From Candidatus Wukongarchaeum yapensis (GTDB lineage: Archaea > Asgardarchaeota > Wukongarchaeia > Wukongarchaeales > Wukongarchaeaceae), in assembly GCA_016840425.1 (NCBI GenBank), contig JAEOSI010000089.1:1-8242 (forward strand): a stretch of DNA of 8,242 nucleotides, given 5' to 3'. Under the pieces are notes generated by a model. That model was not told where the DNA came from. It saw nothing but the letters and a program-made list of their open reading frames with translations, and did not search any database. The position numbers were made by a program, and so were the translations under genes. Each line of letters starts with the position of its first letter. Position 1 is the stretch's first letter. Shown piece by piece: positions 6,191-8,242 of this stretch.

Positions 6191-6210
6191 AAACCATAAC
6201 TTTTCTAAAA
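6088..6210 (+). ncRNA. Predicted TnpB omega-RNA, copy 2: scaffold plus flank-derived guide AAACCATAACTTTTCTAAAA
   Basis: Same helices as copy 1 (GGACAG/CTGTCC 6091-6105, CCTG/CAGG, TGAA/TTCA); overlaps relic frame LGQGLSEFTPAEMDE* (6088-6135). Confidence 0.65.
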
Positions 6211-6345
6211 ATAGCATATTACTCTGCCTTTTGTTCTGTTAAAAGACTCTTTTTTTAATCTAAAAGTTAAGTAAAAGAACCATATTATGGTTCATCAAGA
6301 TTTCATACCGTTTTGTTTTTAAAGGTCTTTTACTCTTTTAGAGTA

Positions 6346-6492
6346 AAAAAATGCGGTAGAGGTGTAAGTTCAGAATTTGTTTTTTGTTCTTTTTGCGCAA
6401 GTCCTTCTCACGTTTGCCGGTAGTGTAGAAAAGTTTTGGATCTGGATTGGATAGAATGTCCTTATTGCGGTTCTTTGGTTAAGAATTATTGA
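6346..6492 (+). pseudogene. Degenerate double zinc ribbon (DZR-like) ORF with in-frame TAG
   Basis: Reads KKCGRGVSSEFVFCSFCASPSHVCR*CRKVLDLDWIECPYCGSLVKNY*; TAG at 6421-6423 lies inside a CxxC; first knuckle lacks its first Cys; no ATG start. Confidence 0.65.
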
Positions 6493-6569
6493 TCAAAAAG
6501 TTAAAAGATCACCACTTTAATCTGATATTTATCCGAATAAAAAAATGTTTTTTTTCAGAGTGTGTTAAA

Positions 6570-7847
6570 ATGAGCCTTAATATTGAAAGTACTACAGTAA
6601 AAAAGCTTGCTGAAACAGAAGGAGTCGAAGAGGAGTTTATCAAGAAAGGCTTAAAAAACGGATACATCGTTTTGCTTCAAAACGTTGCCCGCGAAGATGT
6701 TAAAATTTGCGGGATAGGCTTAGGCTTACACACTAAAGTTAACGCTAATCTAGGAACCTCCGCGGACCTAATAGACCCAGTACTAGAAAAGGAAAAAGCT
6801 AAAGTAGCCGTGAAAAGCGGGGCAGACTCCATTATGGACCTAAGCTCCGCAGGATCCCTTGACGAAATAAGAAGAATGATCCTGAAAACGGTAAAGGTTC
6901 CCCTAGGCACGGTTCCAGTATATCAAGCAGCCCTAGAAGCTAGAGAACAAAAAGACGCCATAATCAACATGGATGAAGACGACATTTTCCGATCCATAGA
7001 AAAACATGTGAAAGATGGAGTCGACTTCATCACCGTCCATTGCGGCGTAACAAAAAACACCGTAGAAGAGATCATTAAAAGAGGACGTTTAATGGGTATT
7101 GTAAGCAGGGGAGGTGCTTTTCACGCAGCCACTATAATCCACACCGGAGAAGAAAACCCGCTCTATAAAAACTACGACTATCTCCTAGAAATCTGTAAAG
7201 AATACAACACAACTCTGAGCCTTGGAGACGGCATAAGACCCGGTTGCTTAGAAGATGCAAACGACTCGCCACAAATCGCCGAAATGCTAGTAATAAGCGA
7301 ACTCGTAGAGAGGGCCAGAAAAGCAGGGGTACAAGCAATGGTCGAAGGCCCAGGACACATACCCCTCCACGAGGTTGAACCTATAGTTAAAATGTATAAA
7401 GCTTCATGTAAAAACGCCCCTCTATACCTCCTAGGCCCCCTTGTCACAGATATAGCAGCAGGATACGATCATATAGCAGGAGGCATAGGAGGAGCAATTG
7501 CTGCCGCCGCTGGAGCCGACTTTTTATGCGTTATAACCTCCTCAGAACACTTAGGACTCCCAGGAGTCGAAGAAATAAAAGAAGGCGTGATCGCCGCAAA
7601 AATAGCAGCTCACGCTGCAGACATAGTAAAACTAGGAAAAAAAGCTTCAAAATTAGATAAAAGAATGTCCATCGCAAGAGCAAACCTAAACTGGAAAACC
7701 CAACTCAAGCTCGCACCAGACCCAGAAAAAGCACGAAAAATCCACGAAAACATAAAAGCAGAACACGACCCAGAAACATGTTCAATGTGTGGAGACGTTT
7801 GTGCCATTAAACTACTTTCAGAAAAATTAACAAGAAAAAAAGAATAA
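6570..7847 (+). CDS. thiC: ThiC-family radical SAM enzyme (phosphomethylpyrimidine synthase; BzaB/BzaF-type paralogue not excluded), 425 aa
   Basis: KVNANLGTS, GADSIMDLS, GTVPVYQA, VDFITVHCG, SRGG, LSLGDGIRPG, EGPGH, GYDHI, EHLGLP and C-terminal CSMCGDVC cluster motif. ATG 6570 preferred over the listed TTG 6489, whose extension is low-complexity. Confidence 0.9.
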   Translation: MSLNIESTTVKKLAETEGVEEEFIKKGLKNGYIVLLQNVAREDVKICGIGLGLHTKVNANLGTSADLIDPVLEKEKAKVAVKSGADSIMDLSSAGSLDEIRRMILKTVKVPLGTVPVYQAALEAREQKDAIINMDEDDIFRSIEKHVKDGVDFITVHCGVTKNTVEEIIKRGRLMGIVSRGGAFHAATIIHTGEENPLYKNYDYLLEICKEYNTTLSLGDGIRPGCLEDANDSPQIAEMLVISELVERARKAGVQAMVEGPGHIPLHEVEPIVKMYKASCKNAPLYLLGPLVTDIAAGYDHIAGGIGGAIAAAAGADFLCVITSSEHLGLPGVEEIKEGVIAAKIAAHAADIVKLGKKASKLDKRMSIARANLNWKTQLKLAPDPEKARKIHENIKAEHDPETCSMCGDVCAIKLLSEKLTRKKE

Positions 7848-7870
7848 AAAACCCTAACTTTATTAAGCGA

Positions 7871-8242
7871 TTAACTTTTTTTCACGCAAATCGCGCATAC
7901 ATCCTCAACACTCGCAGGGAAAACATCTAAAACAGAAAGCCCTGCTTCCAAACAAACTTTCTTAAGTTCTTCACCATCCAACCTTTTTTTCAAAACAGTA
8001 ACCACGACTTTTCCATCCTTTTTAACAACCCTACTCATCTCCCTTAAAGAAGCAAGAGGATCGGGCAAATTTTGCAAAACTGTAAAAGAAAAAACACCAT
8101 CAAAAACAGAATCACGTAAAGGCAACCAATCAGAATCTCCCAAAACAAGAAAACAAGGAAATTTTTTCTCCCTAATAACCTCCAACATCCCTAAAGAAAA
8201 ATCAAGACAAACAACTTCACAATCAGGAAGAAAAGGCAAAAG
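7871..8242 (-). CDS. Class I SAM-dependent methyltransferase (Methyltransf_11-like), C-terminal part, 5'-truncated by window edge
   Basis: VVCLDFSLGML (motif II), VLGDSDWLPLRDSVFDGVFSFTVLQNL and LREMSRVVKKDG motifs; TAA at 7873-7871. Confidence 0.85.
   Translation of the reverse strand, partial: LLPFLPDCEVVCLDFSLGMLEVIREKKFPCFLVLGDSDWLPLRDSVFDGVFSFTVLQNLPDPLASLREMSRVVKKDGKVVVTVLKKRLDGEELKKVCLEAGLSVLDVFPASVEDVCAICVKKS

Noticed and set aside
6191-6569. TPP riboswitch upstream of thiC
   Set aside because: No CTGAGA or other TPP aptamer core motif present.
6677-7807. Minus-strand ORFs 6677-6910, 7132-7338, 7178-7447, 7610-7807
   Set aside because: Antisense shadows of the well-supported thiC-family gene.

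Overview
Archaeal housekeeping-type window; TACK/Asgard-like affinity is only an inference from gene content. Gene order: 3' end of a RIO2 kinase (+), DUF460/COG2433 RNase H-fold coiled-coil protein (+), Sm-like archaeal protein (-, apparent CTG start), a 617-aa multi-Ig-fold protein without a signal peptide (+), a decayed double-zinc-ribbon ORF, ThiC-family radical SAM enzyme (+), and the 3' part of a class I SAM methyltransferase (-). The main non-coding signal is two same-orientation ~200-bp copies (2988-3186 and 5989-6190; 9 substitutions plus one 3-nt indel) of a non-autonomous IS200/IS605 mini-element. Each has a TTTAA target motif, left-end hairpin, TATA-like box, TnpB omega-RNA-like scaffold overlapping a 15-codon tnpB C-terminal relic, right-end hairpin and TCAC end, and a different 3' flank (guide). 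No tnpA or tnpB gene is in the window, so these look like stand-alone guide-RNA cassettes serviced in trans. A second unexplained signal is a densely base-paired ~230-270 nt segment (about 550-816) with possible pseudoknots directly upstream of the DUF460 gene, which I could not assign to a known RNA family. All structure calls are by eye; no searches or folding were run.
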